Virus record (IMG/VR): IMGVR_UViG_3300034060_000702
Span: 18,461-82,460 of that record
Source of the DNA: a virus
Reading direction: 5' to 3' (one strand)
Length of the DNA: 64,000 nucleotides
The translations under genes were made by a program, and so were the position numbers. The notes under the pieces were generated by a model. It was not told the DNA's origin. It saw nothing but the letters and a program-made list of their open reading frames with translations, and searched no databases. Position 1 is the first letter of the stretch. Each line of letters opens with the position of its first letter. This document shows, one piece after another, positions 52,662 to 60,571 of this stretch.

Positions 52662-54206
52662 TTAACAATTGTTTGAGTAAAAAATTAAACTTGCGTTTAC
52701 TATTGATTCTGGTACTGATCCAGAACCACCTGTATATTGTGGTATATTTAATGTATCTCCAGACAATGTTGCTGCACCACTTGTTCCACTTGTTGTAAGT
52801 GTAAGCAATGATGATATTTTAGCATTCTTCCAAAGATTGTCAGCAGTATCTCTATATAGAACACCTTTATCTACATAAGATGGTAACGATACATCATGTA
52901 ATTCATCAAGTTCAAAGCCATTTTGTGGCTTAACAAATATTTCACCATTATTAGCATTAACTCTAGTTACAATACCTATAAACACAAGATGTGCAGGAGC
53001 AACTGGTTTAGTTGTTAAACCATAGTGCCAAAAAATTAGATTACCATTAGTACCTAACCATACTGCATCTCCAGCAGTAGCTGCAGATGTATCTAGTCCG
53101 GCTAATAAGCCTTCTGTAATTACTTGTCCTTGATAATTAACTGCTCCTGTTGCAGTAACTAATCCTAATGTCTTAGATGAAGTAGCTTCTGAACTGTTAT
53201 CAGCTTTAGAAACAACCATGTTTGTACCATCAGCACTACTAACATAAACAGCTTGTCCAATAGTTAAAGCAACAGCATATTTTACAGAATGAGCAACATT
53301 TGCTGTAGGAAGACTTGATGGTTTATTTAATATTTGTGCTAAACCAGACGTAGCTAACCAGTCCGCATTAACTTGCGCTGCTGGGATTGCAGGCTTATTT
53401 AAGATTTCAGCATCACCTGAAGTAGCATTCCAATCAGCATTAACATTTACTTCGGCTCCTGCTGCAATTCCAGCTAACTTTGTTTGTTCAGTTGTAGTAT
53501 AATCTTCAGTGGATAATCCTTTACCAATTTCTACAGTAACCTTAGTTTGCAAAACACTTCTAATCCAAGCATCAAAAGCGGGAGATCCAGTATAAATATT
53601 ATAAACTTCCCAAGATGCTGTTCCTGGAGGATACCCTGGATTTCCTGGATTAGTAGTTCTTATAAAGAGTTGACCAGGTAATCCATAAGGACTTCCTTCT
53701 GGTGTATTTACTACTGCATCAATAGGATAACCAATACCATTGTTATAATCTCCTTGGTAATTAATACCTTGGGAAATTAATCTATTACTTAATGCTGTTC
53801 TAATCCAAAAATCAAAAACAGGTGATCCTATTAAAGGATCAAAAATAACCCACTCTGGAGATGGTGGCATAATACCTGGTGCATTTGCACTGCTAATTCT
53901 TTGGTATAATACCTCAAAATGATCAACCACATGATATAAACCATAAACTGCTGTAGGACTATATACACCTCTAAATATAGTATCATTTACAAGGGCTATA
54001 TCAAGTTTTGCTTGCTCGACTGAAGAAAATAAACCTGCATTTGTAGCATCTGTTAATGGTATTGTAGCATCAGTTCCTGAATCAGAAATCACTACACCAT
54101 TAGTTACACCTGGTACATAAGTTAAATTTGCACCACCTCCACCACCGGAACCCGGTGCTTCATAGTAATCTAGATTACCAGTTATGGGATTAATTTTATA
54201 TGGCAT
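52662..54206 (-). CDS. Tail/head fibre protein
   Basis: KGLSTEDYTTTEQTKLAGIAAGAEVNVNADW...ILNKP repeats; GQAVYVS...GDAVWL cement-like domain; duplicated GSP.FD.WIR module. Confidence 0.75.
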   Translation of the reverse strand: MPYKINPITGNLDYYEAPGSGGGGGANLTYVPGVTNGVVISDSGTDATIPLTDATNAGLFSSVEQAKLDIALVNDTIFRGVYSPTAVYGLYHVVDHFEVLYQRISSANAPGIMPPSPEWVIFDPLIGSPVFDFWIRTALSNRLISQGINYQGDYNNGIGYPIDAVVNTPEGSPYGLPGQLFIRTTNPGNPGYPPGTASWEVYNIYTGSPAFDAWIRSVLQTKVTVEIGKGLSTEDYTTTEQTKLAGIAAGAEVNVNADWNATSGDAEILNKPAIPAAQVNADWLATSGLAQILNKPSSLPTANVAHSVKYAVALTIGQAVYVSSADGTNMVVSKADNSSEATSSKTLGLVTATGAVNYQGQVITEGLLAGLDTSAATAGDAVWLGTNGNLIFWHYGLTTKPVAPAHLVFIGIVTRVNANNGEIFVKPQNGFELDELHDVSLPSYVDKGVLYRDTADNLWKNAKISSLLTLTTSGTSGAATLSGDTLNIPQYTGGSGSVPESIVNASLIFYSNNC

Positions 54207-54208
54207 AA

Positions 54209-54454
54209 TTAACTAAGTTGAATGGATAATATTCTAGAACCATCTACCGCTGGATTCTCATAAGTAAATGTTTCTACTACAGTTTCTAAACCATTGTTTG
54301 TAGAACCTGTGTGTGTAATAGAAATTATATTTTGTGTTGCACCAGAGTAAGCAAATACTCTTTTATAATTAGCAGTATTTTGCAACTTATTTAATTTTGA
54401 TGATGTTGTAGTCATCAATTTTAATGCTCTTATTTGAAATCCAGTATCGTTCAT
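54209..54454 (-). CDS. Hypothetical virion protein (likely start MNDTG at 54454)
   Basis: The upstream extension in the ORF track overlaps a terminator and promoter boxes. Confidence 0.55.
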   Translation of the reverse strand: MNDTGFQIRALKLMTTTSSKLNKLQNTANYKRVFAYSGATQNIISITHTGSTNNGLETVVETFTYENPAVDGSRILSIQLS

Positions 54455-54514
54455 AGTATGGGTATTTATTAAATAATATACAAAAAATTTTGCTAGTATG
54501 CAACAAATATAAAT

Positions 54515-54545
54515 AAAAAAACCCATGTGACTAAACATGGGTTTT
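54515..54545 (-). terminator. Terminator after groES
   Basis: AAACCCATGT...ACATGGGTTTTTT. Confidence 0.75.
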
Positions 54546-54564
54546 GAGAGGTTGTTGGTTTTTT

Positions 54565-54846
54565 TTAATGTACAGCGATCACATGAGATTCTTGTGCAAC
54601 ATAATACACTTTTTCATCAAGGATAACTACATCTAGGTAGCTGATTTGTTTTGGTGTTATTAGCACTAGGTCATTTGCTTTTACCTTAGTTACTTCTTCA
54701 CCTACAGCAAAAACTTTAAGCTTGTTCCATGTCTTCATGAATTCCGCTTCTTTTTGCGCTTGTGCTTCTGGTAACAACTCTAACCCGCCTGGGTTTTTTT
54801 CCATTATTGGTCTTTCAATTAGGATTAATTTTGCTAAAATTCTCAT
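54565..54846 (-). CDS. groES: GroES-like co-chaperonin
   Basis: ILIER...PGGLELL (mobile loop)...KVFAVGEEVTKVKANDLVL...ESHVIAV. Confidence 0.8.
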   Translation of the reverse strand: MRILAKLILIERPIMEKNPGGLELLPEAQAQKEAEFMKTWNKLKVFAVGEEVTKVKANDLVLITPKQISYLDVVILDEKVYYVAQESHVIAVH

Positions 54847-54850
54847 ACTA

Positions 54851-55102
54851 TTAGTATTTAAGGGTTAATATTTTTACTGTGTTCATTTGTGCATTCAATA
54901 CTTCACCGATTGCATTTTCATACATCATGCTATGCATTGGGTTAGCTGCTAAATTTTTAGCGCGATATTCTTCTTCAAGAAGATCTGCTGCTTTTGCAAA
55001 CAATGCTTTAGCTTGCGCTACTTTGTCATCTGCTGATGGATTGAAATTCAACCCTACTAATTGCTCACCAAAGGACAATTGTCTTTCTGTTGTGATTTCC
55101 AT
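54851..55102 (-). CDS. Acb2/Tad1-like helical-hairpin protein (candidate nucleotide-signal sponge)
   Basis: FGEQLVGLNFNPS.DDKV...K..FA...AIGEVLNAQMNTVK.LT. Confidence 0.55.
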   Translation of the reverse strand: MEITTERQLSFGEQLVGLNFNPSADDKVAQAKALFAKAADLLEEEYRAKNLAANPMHSMMYENAIGEVLNAQMNTVKILTLKY

Positions 55103-55105
55103 TAC

Positions 55106-55186
55106 TTACCTTTTTTTAATTGTTACTAAACTTAAAAGCCATCCCTTGAGGGCTTCAATTTTTGCTTTGTTTCCTGTCTTACTCAT
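55106..55186 (-). CDS. 26-aa peptide
   Basis: MSKTGNKAKIEALKGWLLSLVTIKKR fills the intergenic gap. Confidence 0.5.
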   Translation of the reverse strand: MSKTGNKAKIEALKGWLLSLVTIKKR

Positions 55187-55191
55187 GACTT

Positions 55192-55812
55192 TTAATTTAA
55201 AACTTTTAATCTTTCTAATACATCTGCTCCAGTGTGACCATCGAACTCAAATAATGCTTTTGGTTCTTCTGGTATTTGGAATAAATCCCAATCTTTCATT
55301 TCATAATGATTAGTGATTTGTCCTGTAGGAAGATTAGCAACAACTATGAACCAACCACCACCGAAACATAACTCACCATCATTATGTCTTTTAGATTTAT
55401 GCACATCGTATTTGAATGAATAGAAAGGTCTACCTTCTTTCCACCAATGCGGATGTTGCACTCTATCTTTACCCCACTCATTGAACAATGCAGCATTGAA
55501 TACCTTCCTAAAGTCATACAATTCATTGTATGTATGGTATCCATCAGACAATTCACCAATTGCATCAGAGTTTGCGTAAGTCTTCTCAAAGATTTCTGGC
55601 TTACAAGGATAAAATTCACCCTCAACTCCTTTGATAATGTAATCATTTTTGGTTGCACGCATAGATCCTTCAAGAGTATGAATGAATAAAGCATCTCCTT
55701 GGAACTCATATCTTCTTTCAGAGTCCTGAACAAATTCAGAAATCTCTAATTTATTATCTCCAGTCCATTGTACAGCTTCAATGATTACTGGTTTCTTTAC
55801 AAACTTTGGCAT
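55192..55812 (-). CDS. Two-domain fusion: KKPV..EAVQ/FYPCKP domain plus WDGH-like domain
   Basis: N-terminal [11 protein letters not shown]...TLEG...[23 protein letters not shown]; C-terminal [11 protein letters not shown]...KSKRHNDG...GQITNHY...FDGH. Confidence 0.75.
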   Translation of the reverse strand: MPKFVKKPVIIEAVQWTGDNKLEISEFVQDSERRYEFQGDALFIHTLEGSMRATKNDYIIKGVEGEFYPCKPEIFEKTYANSDAIGELSDGYHTYNELYDFRKVFNAALFNEWGKDRVQHPHWWKEGRPFYSFKYDVHKSKRHNDGELCFGGGWFIVVANLPTGQITNHYEMKDWDLFQIPEEPKALFEFDGHTGADVLERLKVLN

Positions 55813-56291
55813 TATTTATTTTGTTTTCTGTAAGACTTCAATATTGCTAGGTAGTTGATTGCATCATCGATAGTATCATCAACTGCTTCATCTTTCACCA
55901 TTGCTTCTTTATCAAGTAATGTAGCAATTCTGGACATCTTATCCATTAATCGAACTAGGATTCCTCTTTCTACTGATACACCAGCAATGGTAGAATTTCT
56001 AAAGTTTGCATAAGGATCATTGTTACTTCCACCGTAGTCATGATTCTTTCTTGTTGCTGTTTCAAAGCATGCAGTAAAAGTATCAGCCATGTCTTGTAAC
56101 AATGGATTCTCAATACTTCTCTCTGTAGTTTGAGGTTCAGATAAAGGTGTACATGCTTTTGCATAATACTTGCTTTCTGCTTCTTCTTTGATTTCTTCTG
56201 TTGTTGTTCTCATCTTATTTATTTTTGGTTGGTTACGAGTTTCAGAGTGTTCAATATCCCACTCATTGTGAATTTCTACCCACATGGTCAC
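55812..56291 (-). CDS. DUF1599/Nmad1-like all-alpha NTP-pyrophosphatase-fold protein
   Basis: RKNHDYG...NF...RLMDKMSRI...[14 protein letters not shown]. Confidence 0.75.
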   Translation of the reverse strand: MTMWVEIHNEWDIEHSETRNQPKINKMRTTTEEIKEEAESKYYAKACTPLSEPQTTERSIENPLLQDMADTFTACFETATRKNHDYGGSNNDPYANFRNSTIAGVSVERGILVRLMDKMSRIATLLDKEAMVKDEAVDDTIDDAINYLAILKSYRKQNK

Positions 56292-56716
56292 TTAAATTTA
56301 TAGAATCTTCCAAGAATATTTCCATTCAAGAATTCATCAGATTCTAATACTCCAAATACAAATTGATATTTGCATTCCATGTAAGTAAGTTCTGTTTTTG
56401 AAAAACAAATGTGTATAATATTTCGAGTAATTGGAATACCGGCAGCATGCGCTTCCTTCAATACAATATTGCTACCATAGTACTTCTCATAGGCAAGTTT
56501 TTTCACGCGAGTATATTTCTTTACTCTCTTATCAGTAAGTGCCGCAATCTCTTTCTTACCCATATTCTTTTTGGTATTGGAATAGAAATCTTTCTTACCA
56601 ATATATCTTACTGCTTTCCCATCGATTACCGCAGACAATTCATAAATGAATCCATGCGCATTTTCTGGAATGTCTGTTGTCTTAAATTCTTCACCTTGAA
56701 TAAACCACATAGCCAC
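56288..56716 (-). CDS. GIY-YIG nuclease-domain protein
   Basis: GFIY...YIGKK...YYGS...E...N. Confidence 0.75.
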   Translation of the reverse strand: MAMWFIQGEEFKTTDIPENAHGFIYELSAVIDGKAVRYIGKKDFYSNTKKNMGKKEIAALTDKRVKKYTRVKKLAYEKYYGSNIVLKEAHAAGIPITRNIIHICFSKTELTYMECKYQFVFGVLESDEFLNGNILGRFYKFK

Positions 56717-56885
56717 AAATTATTATTATTATTAGTACAATTATTATCATAAATAAAATCAAGTACAAGCACCCTTTTCCATCTGTAGGAAAATCATAAG
56801 GATCTGCTCCACCAAATACTAAAGGTAATGGGTTGATGTACACAACCGAATCATCTTTAAAATCTTTTTCTTGCTCGGCTTTCAT
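56691..56885 (-). CDS. Small membrane protein
   Basis: C-terminal hydrophobic helix. Confidence 0.5.
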   Translation of the reverse strand: MKAEQEKDFKDDSVVYINPLPLVFGGADPYDFPTDGKGCLYLILFMIIIVLIIIIICGYVVYSR

Positions 56886-57099
56886 AGTTCAATTTTTGTT
56901 TACTGAATGCATTTTCCTTTTGGGAATTAATCTTATCGACCATGTACAAACCAGGATCCTTGTATCTTTTAATAATTACTTCACCAATTACCACATCAAC
57001 AAATTTCGGAAAGAATTGATTTAACTCTACCCCAATGCAAAATGTACCTACAAAAAGCTTTACCTTACATTGATTCTTTAACACTTCAATAGTTCTCAT
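56857..57099 (-). CDS. Hypothetical protein (likely start MRTIE)
   Basis: ATGA overlap with the upstream gene. Confidence 0.5.
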   Translation of the reverse strand: MRTIEVLKNQCKVKLFVGTFCIGVELNQFFPKFVDVVIGEVIIKRYKDPGLYMVDKINSQKENAFSKQKLNYESRARKRF

Positions 57100-57290
57100 G
57101 ATCCACAAAATAAACAACCATCATCATCTTCATCTCCAAATGCCTTATCTGGATCTATAGGATTCAACTCTTTTTTTAACTCATAAATCTCCTGCATAAT
57201 TTCTCCATCCTGAAATAAATCACCAGTCAATTTTAGTTTCAACTCCGCAACCTTCGCGTAAATAAACTCTTCTCTATTTGTTTCTCTCAT
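57096..57290 (-). CDS. 64-aa helical protein with C-terminal acidic-CxxCGS tail
   Basis: ...KLTGDLFQD...DEDDDGCLFCGS. Confidence 0.7.
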   Translation of the reverse strand: MRETNREEFIYAKVAELKLKLTGDLFQDGEIMQEIYELKKELNPIDPDKAFGDEDDDGCLFCGS

Positions 57291-57435
57291 ACCAATGTAT
57301 TTTTCTAGCTTTATTAATTTTCTTATACATTCTTCTATCTTGCTTCAACATCCATTTCTTTTTGTATTCAAGATCTGACATAGAACCACATGCGCCTAAA
57401 AATAATAATAATATCCAGATGACACTAGCTTTCAT
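57274..57435 (-). CDS. 53-aa putative lipoprotein, not in the ORF track
   Basis: MKASVIWILLLFLGA-CGSMSD lipobox; TAATG coupling to the repL-like gene. Confidence 0.6.
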   Translation of the reverse strand: MKASVIWILLLFLGACGSMSDLEYKKKWMLKQDRRMYKKINKARKIHWYERNK

Positions 57436-57926
57436 TATTTGGAATTAAATTCATTAAAATATATCAAGCAATCCTTTGCGATTGTTTTTCTCTTTCTAGC
57501 AAGATGAGGATTTAACATTATATGTTTAAATTCTACCCCATCCTTTACACCAGCTATATAATATACCACCCCACCTTTGTACAACCTCTTCATAAAATCA
57601 GCATACTTATTTCGAGTATATTTTAATTCATCCATCAAAGAACTATCAGTGTGCGGAATCTTGCGATCATGATACAAAATGTTATAACTACCATTTGTCA
57701 TATTCGCCATCTTCAATATCCTACCATAATCAACAGGAGTGAAGTTGTCAACAATGTAAGCCAATGCCTTTGAATCAATCACCACATACTCATCACTGTG
57801 AACAATAACCAAATCTTCATTAACAATATTTACTGTAGTTCCTTCAGGAAAAAACTCACCAGTAGAAGCATCTACTAGGTTTCCATCACTTTTCTTCTTT
57901 GTAACTATTGGTTTAATCATGGACAA
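57435..57926 (-). CDS. RepL-like (plasmid replication/maintenance) HTH protein
   Basis: LVDASTGE N-terminus, central helix-turn-helix, IMLNPHLA C-terminal motif; start may be the ATG at 57921. Confidence 0.6.
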   Translation of the reverse strand: MSMIKPIVTKKKSDGNLVDASTGEFFPEGTTVNIVNEDLVIVHSDEYVVIDSKALAYIVDNFTPVDYGRILKMANMTNGSYNILYHDRKIPHTDSSLMDELKYTRNKYADFMKRLYKGGVVYYIAGVKDGVEFKHIMLNPHLARKRKTIAKDCLIYFNEFNSK

Positions 57927-57949
57927 ATATAATCAATTTTTATATGCTG

Positions 57950-58043
57950 TGCACCTTTTTGGGTGATTTGTTTGCACCTTTTTTGGTGTGACCATCAACA
58001 CATTCATTGGGCTGTAGCAATTTAACTGCACCTTTTTAGGTGC
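57950..58043. repeat. Three palindromic TGCACC-TTTTTN-GGTG sites (operator/iteron-like)
   Basis: Copies at 57950, 57973 and 58027, directly upstream of the repL-like gene. Confidence 0.8.
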
Positions 58044-58319
58044 GAAGGTAGTCTGTAATTCAGTCTATATCAACACTTTACAAAAACACTCTATATTAGT
58101 ATATTTCAGAAAAAATTATGGGTAATATTTTTTTGGAGTATATAGGGGGAAATGATGGTCCTTCTATATAACAATCCCCGGCTTCAACAAGGATTGGGGT
58201 TACCCCCTGGTTGGCTAGTGGCTTGCAATTTATTCATAGAATACATTGCTCTTTAATTCCTGTGGGAGAAGTGTTACTGTAGGAAGAAAGAGATCATGTG
58301 CTTGGTGTGTGCTCCAGGA

Positions 58320-58366
58320 GGGCAGGGGAGGGAGGGGGGAGGGGGTGGCAGAGCAGGGCAGGGAGG
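58320..58366 (+). other. G-quadruplex-forming motif
   Basis: GGGCAGGGGAGGGAGGGGGGAGGGGGTGGCAGAGCAGGGCAGGGAGG: seven runs of at least 3 G. Confidence 0.75.
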
Positions 58367-58424
58367 ACCAGAAGCTGTATGTATATATAGTATATACTCT
58401 AGTACTAATAGGATGATATGATGT

Positions 58425-58470
58425 GTGTCTTCGACACCTATACAATCACATACCCTTTTATATGAAATAT
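58425..58470 (+). promoter_or_regulatory. Triloop-hairpin element 1 (candidate virion-RNAP promoter)
   Basis: GTGTC-TTC-GACAC-CT...ACATACCCTTTTA, ending 47 bp before the first early ATG. Confidence 0.6.
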
Positions 58471-58483
58471 AAATCAATTAGAT

Positions 58484-58726
58484 ATGAAAAATTATTCTGT
58501 ATTTATTGGCTTTTCAGGTATGGAAAGCCAAGAAGAATTCCAGGGAAATCTTGATGCTTGCAAAGGCTATGCTTATGCTATGAAAGATTTCCAAAATATT
58601 TCTACTATTCACATAGTGGAATTAAGCCCAGAACATTATTGGGCTGATGATTTAGAGGTAATGTTAGACCAAGAACTAACACCTCAAATGATTGAAGGAT
58701 ATGATGACATCTTAGTTATCATCTAA
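58484..58726 (+). CDS. Early hypothetical protein
   Basis: 80-aa acidic ORF with an A/T-rich leader. Confidence 0.7.
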   Translation: MKNYSVFIGFSGMESQEEFQGNLDACKGYAYAMKDFQNISTIHIVELSPEHYWADDLEVMLDQELTPQMIEGYDDILVII

Positions 58727-58737
58727 TCCAACAAACA

Positions 58738-58842
58738 ACACCTGAACATGTGTATAAACTGTTTCCTTTAATTGGTTTATGGTAAAAACCTTTGACTCCC
58801 TCCTGAACAAATATGTCACATAACAAGAGGTTAAACTGTTCA
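58738..58842 (+). ncRNA. Two copies of a candidate H-type pseudoknot motif
   Basis: stem-CTGAACA-x-stem-(A/T)TAAAC-TGTT(T/C) at 58738-58764 and 58799-58842. Confidence 0.5.
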
Positions 58843-58872
58843 TTATTTATTAATCATTTAAAATTTATTATT

Positions 58873-59052
58873 ATGAAAAGGATTACTATCATTTATTCAA
58901 TCATCATTATCTGTATGATAATGATGACAATGAGTTTGGTGTGCATGATGTTACCATCAAACACTGGAGAACAATTAATGTTTTGCATGTTCTCTTTTGT
59001 AGGCTGGAGTCTTCCAGCATGTGCTTTGTTATTGTTAACAAAGCACAACTAA
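58873..59052 (+). CDS. Small two-TM membrane protein (likely start 58873)
   Basis: Two hydrophobic helices. Confidence 0.6.
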   Translation: MKRITIIYSIIIICMIMMTMSLVCMMLPSNTGEQLMFCMFSFVGWSLPACALLLLTKHN

Positions 59053-59093
59053 ACACTTAGCAGGGTGGTGTATCTCACCCTGCATTTTAAATT
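59050..59093 (+). promoter_or_regulatory. Leader hairpin motif, copy 1
   Basis: TAAACACTTA-GCAGGGTG-GTGTATCT-CACCCTGC-ATTTTAAATT; second copy at 60128-60172. Confidence 0.6.
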
Positions 59094-59100
59094 AATTATT

Positions 59101-59271
59101 ATGATTATTAAAATTTTATTCTACTTGTTCTTATCAATGGTATTGATGGGAGCAGGAACAACTGTAGTGTACAATGGTATGATTGGTTTTGTAGGACTAA
59201 TGTTATTCCTATTGGGATTGTTCTTCCTGATTCTTCTTGTACATTATGACCTAGAGAAACATAATCTCTAG
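59101..59271 (+). CDS. Small two-TM membrane protein (likely start 59101)
   Basis: Two hydrophobic helices. Confidence 0.6.
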   Translation: MIIKILFYLFLSMVLMGAGTTVVYNGMIGFVGLMLFLLGLFFLILLVHYDLEKHNL

Positions 59272-59274
59272 GTC

Positions 59275-59421
59275 ATGTACAGTCTTATGTACATTGTAAA
59301 TGGCTCTACAGTTGTGGAGTCATTCACCTTTCCTTCTAAAGCATTGTGCCTTTGGAAGAAGAAAATATTAATTAACCAAGGTACTCACAACATGGGTATC
59401 TTTAAAATCAAAGCCTTATGA
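59275..59421 (+). CDS. 48-aa early protein, not in the ORF track
   Basis: MYSLMYIVNGSTVVESFTFPSKALCLWKKK...; ATGA overlap with the next gene. Confidence 0.65.
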   Translation: MYSLMYIVNGSTVVESFTFPSKALCLWKKKILINQGTHNMGIFKIKAL

Positions 59422-59687
59422 AAAAGTCTAACATGACAAGAGGAGCATCTGTTGGGTTGTTCTGTTTGTCTACAATGCTTGTGATAACAGCATTGTTAAT
59501 CTTAATCTTATGTTCTTGTGGTTCAATGCCACAGGAACAGAAAGCATTGAACAGTGTTCAATGGGAAAATAGCATTTGGAATCCAGCAAATGAAGAGTTT
59601 GTTGATGAGGTAGCATTCAATGAGGATGTTGCTTCATCATCTGTTACTCAACAGATGTTTGACCAAAGATATTCAGCAGGGTACTAA
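59418..59687 (+). CDS. Putative lipoprotein
   Basis: Hydrophobic stretch then LCS-CGSM lipobox. Confidence 0.6.
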   Translation: MKKSNMTRGASVGLFCLSTMLVITALLILILCSCGSMPQEQKALNSVQWENSIWNPANEEFVDEVAFNEDVASSSVTQQMFDQRYSAGY

Positions 59688-59690
59688 CAT

Positions 59691-59714
59691 AGGTAGGGCT
59701 TCGGCTCTACCTTT
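59691..59714 (+). terminator. cUUCGg hairpin terminator
   Basis: AGGTAGGGC-TTCG-GCTCTACCT-TT. Confidence 0.7.
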
Positions 59715-59715
59715 A

Positions 59716-59756
59716 TTGTCTTCGACAACTGAAAAATACATCCTTATTTAATTAAA
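59716..59756 (+). promoter_or_regulatory. Triloop-hairpin element 2
   Basis: TTGTC-TTC-GACAA-CT...ACATCCTTATTTAAT, directly after a terminator. Confidence 0.6.
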
Positions 59757-59767
59757 AATTATATATT

Positions 59768-60118
59768 ATGGAAAAGATAGAAGGAACATTAGTAACAGGG
59801 CTCTTAGGAAAAATTATATCAGGCTCAAGTTACAGAAGAATATATGCAGCGCATATGATTGTTCAGAATGAGTTTGACCATTTTACAACCGAAGCAATAA
59901 TATATGCTCGGTTAGAATGGAGTAAATTCCTAAGAGATACTTATTCTGAAAAAGATAGGCTTAAATATCTATGGGAAAAATGTTTTGAGTATGACTCGCC
60001 AAATATTTTAATACCTATCATTGATGTAGAAATTGATGATGAGTATGGTATTAAAATAATTGTTACTCAACATCCAAAGGTAGTGTTGGAAAAAGAAGAT
60101 GATGGTCTTCCTTTTTAA
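59768..60118 (+). CDS. Early hypothetical protein with acidic DDGLPF tail
   Basis: 116 aa; SSB-like C-terminal tip. Confidence 0.65.
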   Translation: MEKIEGTLVTGLLGKIISGSSYRRIYAAHMIVQNEFDHFTTEAIIYARLEWSKFLRDTYSEKDRLKYLWEKCFEYDSPNILIPIIDVEIDDEYGIKIIVTQHPKVVLEKEDDGLPF

Positions 60119-60127
60119 CAAACAAAA

Positions 60128-60172
60128 TAAACACTTAGGGGAGTAGTGTATCTCACTCCCCATTTTTAAATT
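60128..60172 (+). promoter_or_regulatory. Leader hairpin motif, copy 2
   Basis: TAAACACTTA-GGGGAGT-AGTGTATCTC-ACTCCCC-ATTTTTAAATT. Confidence 0.6.
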
Positions 60173-60180
60173 TATATATT

Positions 60181-60429
60181 ATGAGTTTTATTAAAGGAGA
60201 TCGCAGATTTCTAGATGACACTAGCACACTGTGTACAAATTTTCTATCTGAAAAGATCAGAATAGAACTTAATGAAAAACTAGGGTTTATCCCTAAGAAT
60301 GCCTATATAGGTAATGCTGCTGGTGACTATATGTTTATTAGTGTTGTAGATATGAATGGTGATGTGTACACTTACACAGACTCTTACAATCTAAATGCAG
60401 AACTGCAAGATAAAGGCATTGATTATTAA
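60181..60429 (+). CDS. Early hypothetical protein
   Basis: 82-aa ORF. Confidence 0.65.
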   Translation: MSFIKGDRRFLDDTSTLCTNFLSEKIRIELNEKLGFIPKNAYIGNAAGDYMFISVVDMNGDVYTYTDSYNLNAELQDKGIDY

Positions 60430-60464
60430 CATTTAAAAATCAGTATGATACACTGGTTATAATA

Positions 60465-60496
60465 AAGAATAGGACTTCGGTCCTATTCTTATTTTC
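60465..60496 (+). terminator. cUUCGg terminator
   Basis: AAGAATAGGAC-TTCG-GTCCTATTCTT-ATTTT. Confidence 0.8.
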
Positions 60497-60571
60497 TTCA
60501 CTGTGTAGGTTAGAGTAGGTTGTGTGTGTTGGTTTACTATCACCACACTCACCCACTCCCATCCCACATCA

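Noticed and set aside
6887-57926. Stop-codon reassignment, as in some gut crAss lineages
   Set aside because: Genes are full length and tightly packed under the standard code.
58230-58477. Minus-strand Pro-rich ORFs over the G tract
   Set aside because: Their composition is dictated by the G runs, they overlap regulatory elements, and they lack a typical leader.
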